A stretch of DNA of 41,285 nt from Guillardia theta CCMP2712. Taxonomy: Eukaryota > Protista > Cryptophyta. Shown piece after piece: positions 10,739-22,894 of the stretch. Below the pieces are notes generated by a model that was not told the origin of the DNA, searched no databases, and saw only the letters and a list, made by a program, of their open reading frames with translations. The stretch lies in assembly GCF_000315625.1 (NCBI RefSeq), contig NW_005434411.1, positions 1 through 41,285 of the forward strand, read 5' to 3'. Made by a program: the position numbers and the translations under genes. How positions within the stretch are numbered: the first letter of the stretch is position 1; every line of letters starts with the position of its first letter.

Positions 10739-12916
10739 TCACAAGTAGGAGGTGCACAGCTGGTCGGTCCTCCAATGGAAATGTCCCACCACACAAAAGA
10801 AGTGCAAGAAAGCAGCTGAGAGCACAAGCTGCGGGTCAAAGTTCGTCAGTCGCTCCCAGCAGCGTCAGAGCTTGCAGAGCTTACGATGTGCCAGAGCTGA
10901 TGGGAGCTGAAGACGATATCAAACTTGCCTGCATCCATTGGGATCAGATGGGGCTACGAGAGGAAGGAGCATGGACCTGGCCAGTAGCGCTCGGGGAATC
11001 GGTAGTAGTAAATCACACTCCCGAGAGCGTAGATGCCAATCATAGCCGAGATGTAGACGAGGCCTGGCGTCCAGCATGGCTCGCCGTGGAGGTAGCTGCG
11101 TTCGCATGTCAGTTGCCTCCTGTCTCGTTCCCTTCCTCCGCCCACCGGAGCAGGAGATGACCGCACGGGACCACAGCGAAAAGAGCGTTTCCACTGACAG
11201 TGAAGGTGAGGGGCAGGAGAGCTGTCTGAGGAGCAACCAGACCTGTAGACCAGCACCCGCATGAGGCATGAGGAGGGCGATGGTTTCAACCCGCTGACGC
11301 GACAAGTCACAAGTAGCCGAGGTTTGACAGGCAACAAGACATGTTGTATGATACAAACCTGTAGATTCCAATTCCTGCAGAAGATATTGAAAACACTGCG
11401 ATGATCGCCTGCCAGAGCATCAGTCTGTCTAACTGTAACAACATCGTCGGCACACCAGGTACATGTTTCGAAGCGACACATCGCAATAGAACCCATAGAA
11501 GATGGGAGGAACGAAAGAACCTCCGATCAAGATCGAGATGCTGGCAGACGGAAAGAAGATCAGTATCAAGACATCTTGTCAGTACCAGGAGATCCAGTGC
11601 TTACCCAGCATAATCCAGAAACAAGAGAACATTCGCTAGAGTCAAGCTGTGGCAGTTGAAAAGGTGATACGAAGCACTGGAACCTCGTAAGCACTAGTTT
11701 ACCGGCATGCTCAGCATACCTCGTGAGAAGACATGTGAAAGCAGAGAGCAAGAAAATGACAATTGGCCATCTTTCAACGATCGCCTGAGAGTTTAACGTC
11801 TCTCCGTTGATCTTGAATCGATGGAAGAAATCTTGGTTGATCACTTCTCGGACTTTCTGCATCTCGTGCACCATTTCTCCTTGGATGTTCACAGATGCGT
11901 GTATCAGCGCCCTGCCATCTTTCGTGAAATGCCATAGCAGCATCGACACTTTCTTACCTCTTCGCTGCCGATATCCCGTTGTTCAGAGCAGTAGTGACTG
12001 AAGACACTTCAGAAGCTGTGTACTCTGCCCACTCGGAGGGGCTCAGGCCCCAGACGAGGCTGTTGTGATCATCGATGTGGCCCATGCTGGTTGTGATGGA
12101 GGAGACCTGATCCTGCAGCTTCTGCTTCACGCTGGCAAGTCTTCGCACTAGATCTGCCCAGCACATCACGCAGCCTTCCATGGAGACGGAGCCCAGCTGA
12201 GAGAGCTCGTGCCTGATGGTCTCAAGCGACTTATCAAGGTTGTGCATGGCATTCTCAAGCTTCTCTTGCACAAGAAGCTGCGCTGCATGTGCTTCTTCCG
12301 CCATGTTGCGTCCCATCTCCTTGGTATTCGCCTGTACAATCTCCCGCCAGCGCTCGAGGCCTGGCAGCTTGAATTCTGCATGCTTCAAGATATCCTTGGC
12401 GGCCGCGAAATGTCTCTGAGCCATGCTGAAGGCATACTTCTCAGGAGACAAGCCAGTAAAGTTAGTCTGGTTCGAGCAGTTAGCACTACAGAAAGCGCTG
12501 GCATTGCTGCCTCCGATCGGCATGCTCTGCACTACACTGCGAACCATCCTCTTAGGTCGTTCGAAAGCAGGCATGTCCTTCACGTAGAAGAGGAGGCACA
12601 CAAAGAGGATGCTTCCCAGCAGGTGCGACCAGACATTGATCGTCTCATTGTGCAGCTGAAACATGGACCGGATGCACTGCCAGAACGAGAGGCCGAGGCG
12701 GTATCCCCGGAAGATGTGGGAACCCTCGCTCACCATGTAACCCCACCGCCCCTGGCAGTCTGTGATGGTGTAATCGATGCCAGGCTTCAGGCCGACTGGA
12801 GAGGACAACACCTTCCTACATTTACGTTGACGTAGCCCTTGCTTTCCCTCGCTCGCACAACCAGAAGGAGTCTCGCATGAGCTGTTGGTAGCATGAATTT
12901 CTGCTGGATCGGACAT
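10739..12916 (-). CDS. PAQR / adiponectin-receptor / hemolysin-III (CREST) family 7-TM protein
   Basis: IFRGYR...CIRSMFQLHNETINVWSHLLG, ERWPIVIFLLSAFTCL, SASYHLFNCH, RFPERYWPG|KFDIVFSSHQLWHI|LVLSAAFLHF are PAQR hallmarks. TGA at 10739-10741. Confidence 0.92.
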
Positions 12917-15139
12917 CGTGCTTGATCTGAACGAACAGGGTGGGTCGGTCCGAGTCTGGCGGGGACAAGTTCTGGTACTGCGTCTAGTTCGGTGCCTCTT
13001 CCTCCCCTCTACCTCTCCTCGGGTCCTGCCTTGCAGCTTTTGTTTCCTCCCTCCTCCCTCTGCACTCTCAGCTCTCTAACTCTCTCTTCTTCCCCACGTC
13101 CTGCTCACTCCCTCCCTCCTTCTTCCTCCCTCCCTCCCTCCCTCCCTCCTCCTCCCTCTCTCGTCCTCTCCCCCTTGAAAGTGCTCGCCCTGTTCACAAG
13201 CCCCGTAGCTCGCCGTGAGCATGCTCAGACACTTTTGAAAAGAGGTTGCTGAATCCCTCTTGTAAGTTGAACTTTTCCTAGGAATAATTTGAAATCACAA
13301 GACAGGATTCTCCTCTACTGCTGACGAAAGAGAACGGTCCGCCTCAGAAAATCTCAGTACTCAAGGCAGGGCCCGGTCCCTGGCCTGGGCCCGGGCCGGG
13401 TCGCCGTCACTGAGCCGGGACGCCCATCATCCGCCCCCTTCAGCGTGTTCAAGCAGGTCGTTCACTCAGATAACCCCCACCCCCTCTTTGTCTAAGATTC
13501 ACCCCTACTCCGAAGGGTAATTCGACCCCTTTGAGCAAACAGGGGTCTTGTCTCTCTCTCGACCATCCTTGTGCCGTACCCTCACCCCCTCCGGGTCCTG
13601 ACCCCTACCCCCCATCCCCCCGTGCCCTCAACGAGCCTGTAACCCCAGAAGTACATTATTAAATTTACTATGAGTACGGCTTTAAGTACCCCTGGTACCT
13701 CGATAACACCCTCACGTATCTCGTCGAATGGGCTATTGAGGACCCCTCCTTTATCCTACCCCCTATACCCCAACCACCCTACGGGTACTTGTCGCACTGA
13801 CAAAATTTTGAATCAGCCGGTACTCAAATGTATAAAGATTATAGACTTGAAATCATATTTTGTAATATTATTTTATTATGTATCAGCTGAAAGTACCATG
13901 AATGATAATTATACCAATGAAAAAAATATATTTAAAGATTTTTTTATATAAGTTCTGAATACCTTGGTACCACTGATGGAGCCACTACGCAGTTTACTCC
14001 CTAGAATATTTTACATATCTTGGTACTATTGCGTGGTTTGTACCTTAATTATTACTGTTAAGCTAAATGAGATACCGCTGTCTCCCGTACTACCTTCTGA
14101 CAGAGAGGCCTTTCTACAAATCTTTTAAATCGAACCAGTAAAGTAGGTGCGGGGGGTGGGGTAATTGTGTATAAGGGTAGTGTAAGGAGGGGTCATTCTA
14201 GAAGACTCTTGTTTGAATTAGAAAGGGTGGGTACTCTGGATGATTCATGGACGTCAGACGGGTTGAACTACCGAAAAGGGGGTGGTGAGACCGGTGGGGA
14301 TGTGGGGTGATCAAGGGAATAGGTAGGGGTACTGGAATTATTGGAAGTAAGGGATGAGATCAGACAGAGGGAGCAGACGGGGGTGGAGCGCACAGAGGGG
14401 GTGGAGGGGGCGGGGCGGTGAGGAATTGAATACTCTGGAAGGGGTGGGTCATAAGAATATGAGATGCTGGTACAGATCATTGTTAATTAAATAACAATAC
14501 CATACAAATAATAGGTTCACCTGGGGGTCATTTGAAACAGAAGTTGAGGGTCTGGAGACACGACGGGGGAGAGAAGGAGTCAGCGCGCCATTGTCGGCGG
14601 AGAGGACGACAAGGAGGAGGGGAGGGGATCGACAGGACGATCGGAGCACCTGTTCTGATTCCTCCTTTCACCTGTCGCTTGCTCTTTCAAGCTTCTCCTG
14701 GAGGCAGGGCGGGTGATTGACGTTCTTTCGAAACCAGAGAGTTGGTGCTGATGCACAGGCAGTTGGGAAGTGATTCGAAGTGGGCACAGTTGAAAGAACA
14801 TGCGGCACGATGAACAATTCTCCTGAATGACGTTTCATCTTGATCAACTATTCATCAAAAAAGGGGCTCATTGAAGATTCATCTATCATTTAGCTTGATA
14901 CGGACACTTGTTGATCCATACCTTGTTACTTTGAATTTACCAACACCGAATGGAGTGTAGGCCTGAGCTTTGCCTCTAATATTTGTTTGCGATTCGATTT
15001 TACCTTACTTGGTTTGAAGCTGACCATTTTGAGAGCTCCGATACCTTACCCTGAGATTCTAGGAGGTTTGTTTCGGTACAAGCCTTTCGAACAAGCCTTT
15101 CGTTGATTAGCCAACCCCTTCACCCTCTTCGTTGTGACC

Positions 15140-18100
15140 ATGGACGAAGGAGTCATGGATCTTGATTCGAACTCAATGTTTCTAAATGAGCTGTTCGGTG
15201 ATGGGCTAGAATCTGGGGGGCAAGATGGCGAGCTAGCCTCGGACAGCTTCTTGAACCTGGGTCCTGCACCCTCCGACTTCTCGGGGTCGAAAGGGGAATT
15301 CGACTCTCTTGAAACCCCAGAATCTCTCTTGTGGGGCGGTGAACAACTTCCTACTAGTGGGCCAGCTAGACCTCCAACAAGCGGTCCTCCAGCTCAAACT
15401 GAGACCGTCGTTTCACCACCTCAGCTTGTCCGACAGGGCTCTGCCTCGGGACGACCGCCTACAGGAGCCAGGACATCGTCGTCAAGTGGAGCAAACAAGC
15501 GTCGAAGTAGTGGAAATCCGTCAACTCCCCTGAATTCGTCATTAGATGATGGTCAGAATGGCGCGTCTCACCCTCAGATGGACACATCTGGCGATCAAGG
15601 TAGTGGTCATGCAAGAATGCAAGTCTCTGGGAAACAGGTAGCATGCGATTGATATGTGTTATGTTAGAAAGTAACCTGATACAAATCCAGCAGCAACAGC
15701 TTCATCATCAGATGGTGCAGCAGCAACAGGCACAGCAGCAGGCACACATCCAGCAGCAGCATGTGCAACAGGCGCAACAGCACATGCAAGGCTCCATGCC
15801 GAGCGGATGGTCCTCATACGGAGGTCCTCCGAGTCGGGGAAGCTCATCATCGAATCTTGCTGCTCATATGGGGCCAGGAATGCAATCGGCCTCAGGCCCA
15901 AGCATTCCCGATGGCATGTCCATGGCTGGTATGCCTGCGGCTTCTATGCCTCAGTCTGCCATCTCACAAGCAATGATGTCTCATGGAGGGCTACCTCCAG
16001 GAGCTGTAGGCAGCAACATGATGCCGAATGCCATTCAAGGATCCGGAATGTCTCAAATGGGAATGCCCTCTGGAATGAGTCCTGGAATGTCGCAAGGGAA
16101 TATTTCCCAAGCAAATTTAGTTCAAGCAGGGATGCCGCATGCAAACCTTGCACAGGGAGGGATGCCCCATCCAAGTATGTCGCAGCCGGGCATGTCGCAG
16201 CCGGGCATGGCACAGGCAGGTCTCTCACAGCAAGTAAACATGCCTCCTGGTGCTTTGAACCCGAATGTTATGGGTGCTGGTGGGATGAATCAAGGTAGTG
16301 TAATTTATCTGGGAGTGAGATACGTCCTTGATTGCATGTCGAAAGGTGGAATGGTGCAAGGATCGATGATGCCACACAACCAATCTGGACACATGCAGGT
16401 GATGACTGCAAGAATCGAAGATTAGCATTAAATTGCTGATGTCACAGATGGGATATCCATCTCCCGGGCAAGGGCAATCGTTTCCGGGTCAAGTATGAAA
16501 CATCAATTTTCAAATGAAGTACCTGCATTGTTCTTATAGACTTTCAGGTTGGGGGACAAGTACATCCACATGCTCAATCGCAGGTAGAATTTGACCTCGT
16601 TCCTTTTTGTTGATTGTTCTAAACATAATTGCAGCTTCAGCAACAGCATTCTCATTCTCAGTTGCAGCAGCAGCAGCAGCAGCAGCAACACCAGCAGCAG
16701 CAGCAGCAGCAGCAGCAACAGGTGCGTCTTCTTGTTTATTGCTGCACTCTGTTCCATCGGATTTTTGTTTTTGTTCCTAAATCCAAATTTCTACAGCATG
16801 CTGGCATGCAGCGTGCTCCGTATGCTATGCAAAGATCCCATTCTTCACAGAATATGGCGGCTATGAGCCCTCAGCATGCAGGTGTGTGACCCGAATCTTG
16901 ATGTCTTGTTCTGAAATGACGTTGATTTAAGCTCATGGAGGGCAATATCCTCAGCAAAATATGTCTCCGCACGCACAGCATATGCAACAGGTATTTGTTG
17001 AGTCTTGTTCATTCTTTGAAGAAGTGCTCTGCTGTAAATGTATGACTTTCATCCTTTTCTTCTTTCTGGGAATATCAGCAATCTCAACAACATCCTCAAT
17101 CGGTGAGATTTGCTTGTGAGTGCAATCAAATTGATCTGGAATTAGATGCAAGGATACTCAAGAGATTCGATTGGACAACCAACAAGCGCACAGGTGATAA
17201 CTTGTGTCATGTTCATTTCGTTTTGTCAATACTGAGATATGCACATAGATACAGCAACAAAGATTTCAAGCGATGGTGAGTGTCTGCAGAGAGAACAACT
17301 TGCAGCTGGATTCATAGTTTGAGTTCTTAATTTTTCTTGAATCAGCAGGGCTCTGCTGGACAAGGTCAACCAAGCCCTTCACACTCTATACAATCTCCAC
17401 AGCAAGCGGCACCGCAGCAGGCATCTCCAAGTGTTCAGCCCAGCCCTCAAGGCCCTCAGCAGCAGCTGCAAGCGTACGTGTACGCTAGTCATGTTTGATC
17501 CTGATTTTGGCTTTAGTCAGGGCAGTGGACAGATGTCATCGGCATCGTTTCAGAGTGTGGGTGCGCGGCTTCAAAGCTGTCAGGTACTGTAGTTTCTCTC
17601 TCAGTCTGTTGTGCCTGAAGCACTTTCTAGTCGAGACTTGTGGAAGCATTGCAACGCTGTTCGTCTCTACTAAATACTGCCAGGTGGATTTAGGAGATTC
17701 AAGTATTTTCTTTTAACCCTTTTGTAGGAGAATCTGCCCGCAAGAAACCGTTATGCAACTACAATCTCACATGCCAAATCTAGCTTTAGAATCCGCACAT
17801 CAATACCTCGTTGCTGCGCAGCAGGAGTTAGCGTCCTTGGCAAGGTCATCGAATATGTCGCAATCCATGGCTAGCTCGCATTCTTCTTCGAGCATGTCTG
17901 GGGCTGGTGTGCCCCTGTCTAGAGGAGGGTCCATGACAGGTTCGGGTCCAAACAATCCGATGGCAACTTGGTCACAGAATCAGGCCTTGCAGCAGCAACA
18001 GCAACAGCAGGCTGCGAGTCCGTCGGTTGGAGCAACCCAGCACAACCAGCAGCAACAAGCTCTTCAACAGCAAATGCAACAATCCTCGCAGCAGCAGCAG

Positions 18101-21100
18101 CAACAGATGTTGCAACATCAACAGCAGCAACAACAGCAACAACAGCCATCAGGAATGATGCATCCACATCCTCCCAGCAGGCAGTCAAGTGGTATGCTTG
18201 CAACCGCGGGAAGGTACTTGTGATTCCTTCATCATCCGGGATACTCACATGCTTTCAGCCCAATGCCGCCACAGCTTGCTTCACCCATGGCAATGCAAGG
18301 CGTCTTTCAAGGTCTACAAATGCAAAGCAATGCTGTGCCTATGGCTGGAACTCATTCTCAATCTCCCATGCCGCCTCACTCAGCTGATGCTCAGTCACAG
18401 CAGCAGCAGCAGATGAACAACTCTCAGGTATTGCCGTCTCAATCCGCCCAGGCGAATCAGAACAACTCCAACGCGGGTGGTGGTTCTGGAAACAACGCTC
18501 CTCAAAGACCGGTGAAATCTGACATGATGAATGGGTCCCAAGAAGCCGATGAAGATGATCTGGTGATCGTTGGAAGCACTGGTACATTCAGTTCAGACCT
18601 TCCCCACGCGAGAGCGCATTGTGTAAATAGACCTTTTCGATCGACAAAAGAACGTGTTGGAAAGGAGGAAGGGGGGAACAACGAGATGTTTTGCCCGAAC
18701 TGCTTTTGTTACGTATGCGACGTTAAAGCTTCAGATTGTAAAGGTTGGCTCAAGGTTGGACACTGTCATGCTCATGACAAGGACCCATACTGGAGGGCTT
18801 TGAGAGAATTTACAAGGGCTGAAATGTTGTCGAACAGTCCGTTGCTGCAAGCACTAGGCTGTGATGAAGCAGCGCAAGTAGAGGCACAAAGGCATGTTTG
18901 TAAGCTTCTATTTCTAGAACTCACTTTGTTCGTGTGCAGGTGGTGCGTCAACGGCTTGCTTGCTTTCCACCGTTACCGCGATGGGGACCCGGGGCCAGGA
19001 GATACGATCAATCACTCGTTCCAGCATGTGACAGATGTAGCCTCCAGTGCCATGAAGGCGATTGTTGGACATCTATCGGGCCCAAAAGGCCCCCGAACAA
19101 CTCTTGCAGTTCTTGATGGCATCACATCTGCTATTGTCATCAACACATGGCGCCCTGGTGCAGCACAGGACGCCAAGCACAAGTGGTGTAAGGGAACATA
19201 CGCGGCCTACAAAGCTATCATCGAGCAACTAGAGAAATACTGGGTTCTTGCAATCGTGCACACATCAACGAGGAGTGTTCCTCCTCAGGCGTTGGCTGTG
19301 ATGGCAAATCGCTTGAAACGTTTGTCTAAGCTTGCAGCAAAGGAAGTGGCTGGTGGTACCCCGCAAATCTCCCACGTTCCTTTAACGCATGCTGTTAGCG
19401 CATGCGAGCGGGGATGGACGCATCCTGTTGTAGTCGCCATTCTTGAAGGACAATGTACAGACTTGTCACAACGCGAAGCTCCGACGCTACAAAGAGCGAG
19501 GTTGCATGTGCTCGAGAGGGCGCAAAGGTGGAAAGAGGCTTATCACTATGCAATCTTTCATGGACATGTGGCAAAATCGCTGGCGTACATGGCGAGGGCT
19601 GGAAGGCATGGAGATGTTCTTCCGATGGTGTTCAGACAGAGTGCTCTAGCGTGTGGGGGGAAGTGCGTGCCAGTATGCGCAGAGCTTGCTTCATGCAATC
19701 AAAGCGACACGGCAGTCAGATTAGCGATGTATTGCGCTTTTGGAGACTACGAAAGAGACTGTCCTCCAGAGCAGCTCATACAGAATCGAATGCCATACGT
19801 GCAGTGGATATTGGAGCATCTCACCGGGCACTTGAGTCAATCAGAGTGGCAGCAACGGAATTCCAACCCCTCCAACAACGGGGGAGGTGGAGTTATCGAA
19901 CCTGCCCGGAGAGACGCGGAGGAATGGGCGAGGCAAGTGTCGGAGGATCTCGTGACACACTTGAGCCAGCCTCTCTCTGAAGCCCCTCTGGGATCGCTCT
20001 ACTCGGCTGCGACATACACGGTGGAAAGAGCAGCTGCCTTGTGTGCGGTCGCTATGCCGGTGTTGGCCTTGAACTGCGCGAAGCTGTTCTACAGGCTGGG
20101 TGACTACTGCGGAGCCGCATCTGTGGTTCTTGTTGCTGGCAACCGGAACCAAGAGGCCTTACTGTGGGCCCTCCAAGAACTTACTCCTAAAGTAGGAATG
20201 CAGCCGTTCGCCAGCGCGCTCAAGCAGATACAAATCGAGAGTCTTGAGCCCACGGCCCAACTGCAGGTCGCGACAGCGTATCTGCAGTCATCTGATGTCT
20301 CTGCTGCAATCAAGATGGCAATTACGGCAAGTTCCATCGGTGCGCCAGAAGCCCAAGAACTCCCTTACGCGCAATTTGAAAATACCAGGAACTACAGACC
20401 TTGCAATTTGCAAAGTTTCATTGATGCCGCTGAAAAATCTGGGGACAGCAACTCCGCCTTGCAACTGGCAGAGCTTCAAATGTGGTGGGAGCCAAGTTGG
20501 AATCATTTGCAAGCCTTGCAACGATTGTCTTCTCCTCAGAAGTTCTCTCTGAGACAACAACAGCTCCAATCCCTTGCACTGAATGATTCACGATTCAAAC
20601 TAGAAGTCAGATTCGAAGTGCTTGTCAGAGACGGGCTGCATTCGAGGGTTAGTTTCATTGCTATGACGTTCCATCCGATTTACTTGTTGCAGGCTGCGGC
20701 AATATTGGCTTCTGTAGCTGAAGAGGATGTGAACGCCGCTGTAAATGCTGTAAAGGTTTGGCTTTTCTACATCTTGGTTCTTCATTTGACTCAAGGCCAG
20801 AATGGTTTGGAAGCACTAGGGACAGACGTGATAAAGCAACCCAACGGCATTATAGATGCCATCTGGCCTTGGTTAGAACAGGTAAGCACTTTCAAATCAG
20901 TGAAATTACACTGACAATTAACTTGATAGATCGTGAGCAATGGGGAAGCCGCAGATTCTGTGATGGAGGTTAGTACAAGAATGGATATCATGTGTGAAAC
21001 ACAACTAATCGTGGTCTAGTTCTTGTGTCCGACACTGTCTTCAAAGATTTTGCCGTTGTATGAACAGGTTTGATGTAGTTGTTTGACATTCTCCTTCCTG

Positions 21101-21579
21101 ACATGCTATGCAGAACGTGGAGACATGGTTCAAGCACTGCCAACAAAATGTTGTCAACTCACAGACCAAGACCACCATGAGGTCGGCTGAGCTTGTTTGC
21201 CCGATGCTTGTGAACAAGTTGCAGGTCATGGTTAATACGAGCCCGACGCATGTTCTATGCTACCGGCCAAGGGGAACAATGGGAGAGGAGGTCAAGTTTG
21301 CTTTGCTGCCCCCTGAGGCTGATAGATCATTGCAGATTCTCCGACCTGACAAACACATTGCGTCGGAAGAGTTCGCTCTCCGCAGTGTGGCAAGATCTGA
21401 TATCACCAGATGGCAAGTCCATCGATCCCAATGAGTTCAACGCCAACCAGCAGCAGGTTGTGACGTGTGATGGTTTTGACGTCTGCGAGTAACTCGAGAT
21501 GCAGGGCGGAGGAAGTCTCAGTTTGCCTCAAACTCCTCTGCCTCAAACTCCTCTGCCTCAGACGCCAGGAGTTCCTTGA
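15140..21579 (+). CDS. Very large protein: Q/M/G/S-rich low-complexity N-half, RIN13-like Cys/His module, helical solenoid resembling bacterial SWIM-family C-termini
   Basis: Chain of GT-AG exons from ATG 15140; polyQ tracts; DLPHARAHC...FCPNCFCYVCDVKASDCKGW...HCHAHD...W at ~18595-18795; 883-codon ORF 18263-20914; spliced end SWLIRARRMFYATGQGEQWERRFSDLTNTLRRKSSL...LPQTPLPQTPLPQTPGVP*. Confidence 0.8.
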
Positions 21580-21748
21580 ATGATTCTATTAAACTAAAGC
21601 CACCTCATCATCGGAATGACCATCGTTGTAGTCGATTGTGTGACAAGACAGAATCATCGCGTCTTCCTCTATTGATGGCTATCACAACGGAACGAGGGCA
21701 GCAGATATCCCTGCTCGCTTCTTCTTCTTTATTGTACACGGAGGCACT

Positions 21749-22490
21749 TCAAGCAAAACGATTGCCAGTCCTACCGCCGCCCATGCCGCCCATTCCTCCC
21801 ATTCCTCCCATACCGCCCATGCTATTGGGATCGATGCCGGCTTGCTTCATCTTGTTCATCGCCTGTGGTAAGGAGGTGAGGAGGATCAGGAGAGTGAAGA
21901 GGCCTCACCCTCTCTCCCATCTGCTGCATGTACTCGGGGTTGTTCTTCATCATCTCCATGTGCCTGCGCATCGATGGGTCCTTCATCATCTGAGCCTTCA
22001 TCCTCTCCACTTCCGCGCCTGCAAGCAACATGTCATGGCCTGTCACTCGTCTTCCAGTCAGTCTCACGGAAGTTGGGATCTTGCATCATCTCCTGCACTT
22101 TCTGCATCGTCTCAGGGTCCTGCATGTCCTTCATGGCATCGGCCATCAGGGAAGGGTCTTGCGAAGCATGCTTCATGAACTCAAAGCCAAGTCTGGCATT
22201 GTGAGCTCCATCCACCGGCTTCAAGAAATAATATCAGAATGAATTACATGACATCTGAGTTTACACAAGCTGATACAACACATGCAGATCGATGAAAACA
22301 GATTGGAAAAACTTGCAATAAACTAGGACTGCTGTATGTCTATGTTCACCTGGTCGCCAGCCTCCTCCTCAACACCAGTAGAACACGTCTTGGGTGCTGG
22401 AGCCGAGCTTGAGGAGGAAATGAGGAGGAGGAGGAGGAGGGAGGAGAGGGAGAGGGAGAGCAGCTTCATAGAAACTGGAAGTCCTGCCAT
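21749..22490 (-). CDS. Signal-peptide-bearing STI1/DP-repeat co-chaperone-like protein with a GGM tail
   Basis: MAGLPVSMKLLSLSLSSLLLLLLISSSSSA; QDPSLMADAMKDMQDPETMQKVQEMMQDPNFR|AEVERMKAQMMKDPSM...NNPEYMQQM; GGMGGMGGMGGMGGGRTGNRFA*. Three GT-AG introns. Confidence 0.8.
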
Positions 22491-22894
22491 GGCACGGCCT
22501 CCGTTGTCGGAGATTACAACAGATATACATTTAAAATGCATTAATACCCACTTGCGAGGGTGTTGGTACAAAATAGTGTATGAAATCAACTATAAATAGT
22601 TTTTAAATGTGGTACAGTTCGATATTCTTATATTTATTTTATATATATTGTATCAAATCTTTGAGAGACCACAGGTATTTGACTAATTTATAAATACATA
22701 ATATATCTCTGTACGGCGATGAAGGGGTAGGAGCATTGGGATGGTATTCCAAACCGGTACTAATAACCTCAAAATGAGGGGTACTCAGACACTTGGCGTG
22801 TTTGGGCGGTGATGGGGTTCAAAATAACCTGTAATGGGGCACAACCCTTAGTGGTAGGTTTAAATCAGTTTAGTTCTACGATTCGATCTGATTT

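Noticed and set aside
12209-12835. 208-aa plus-strand ORF and similar antisense ORFs (2392-2880, 21576-22178, 28568-29194)
   Set aside because: Shadow frames opposite well-supported genes.
13470-14530. C-rich and G-rich arms as a true inverted repeat/MITE or a telomeric repeat
   Set aside because: Arms are complementary in composition, but I could not align them and found no fixed repeat unit.
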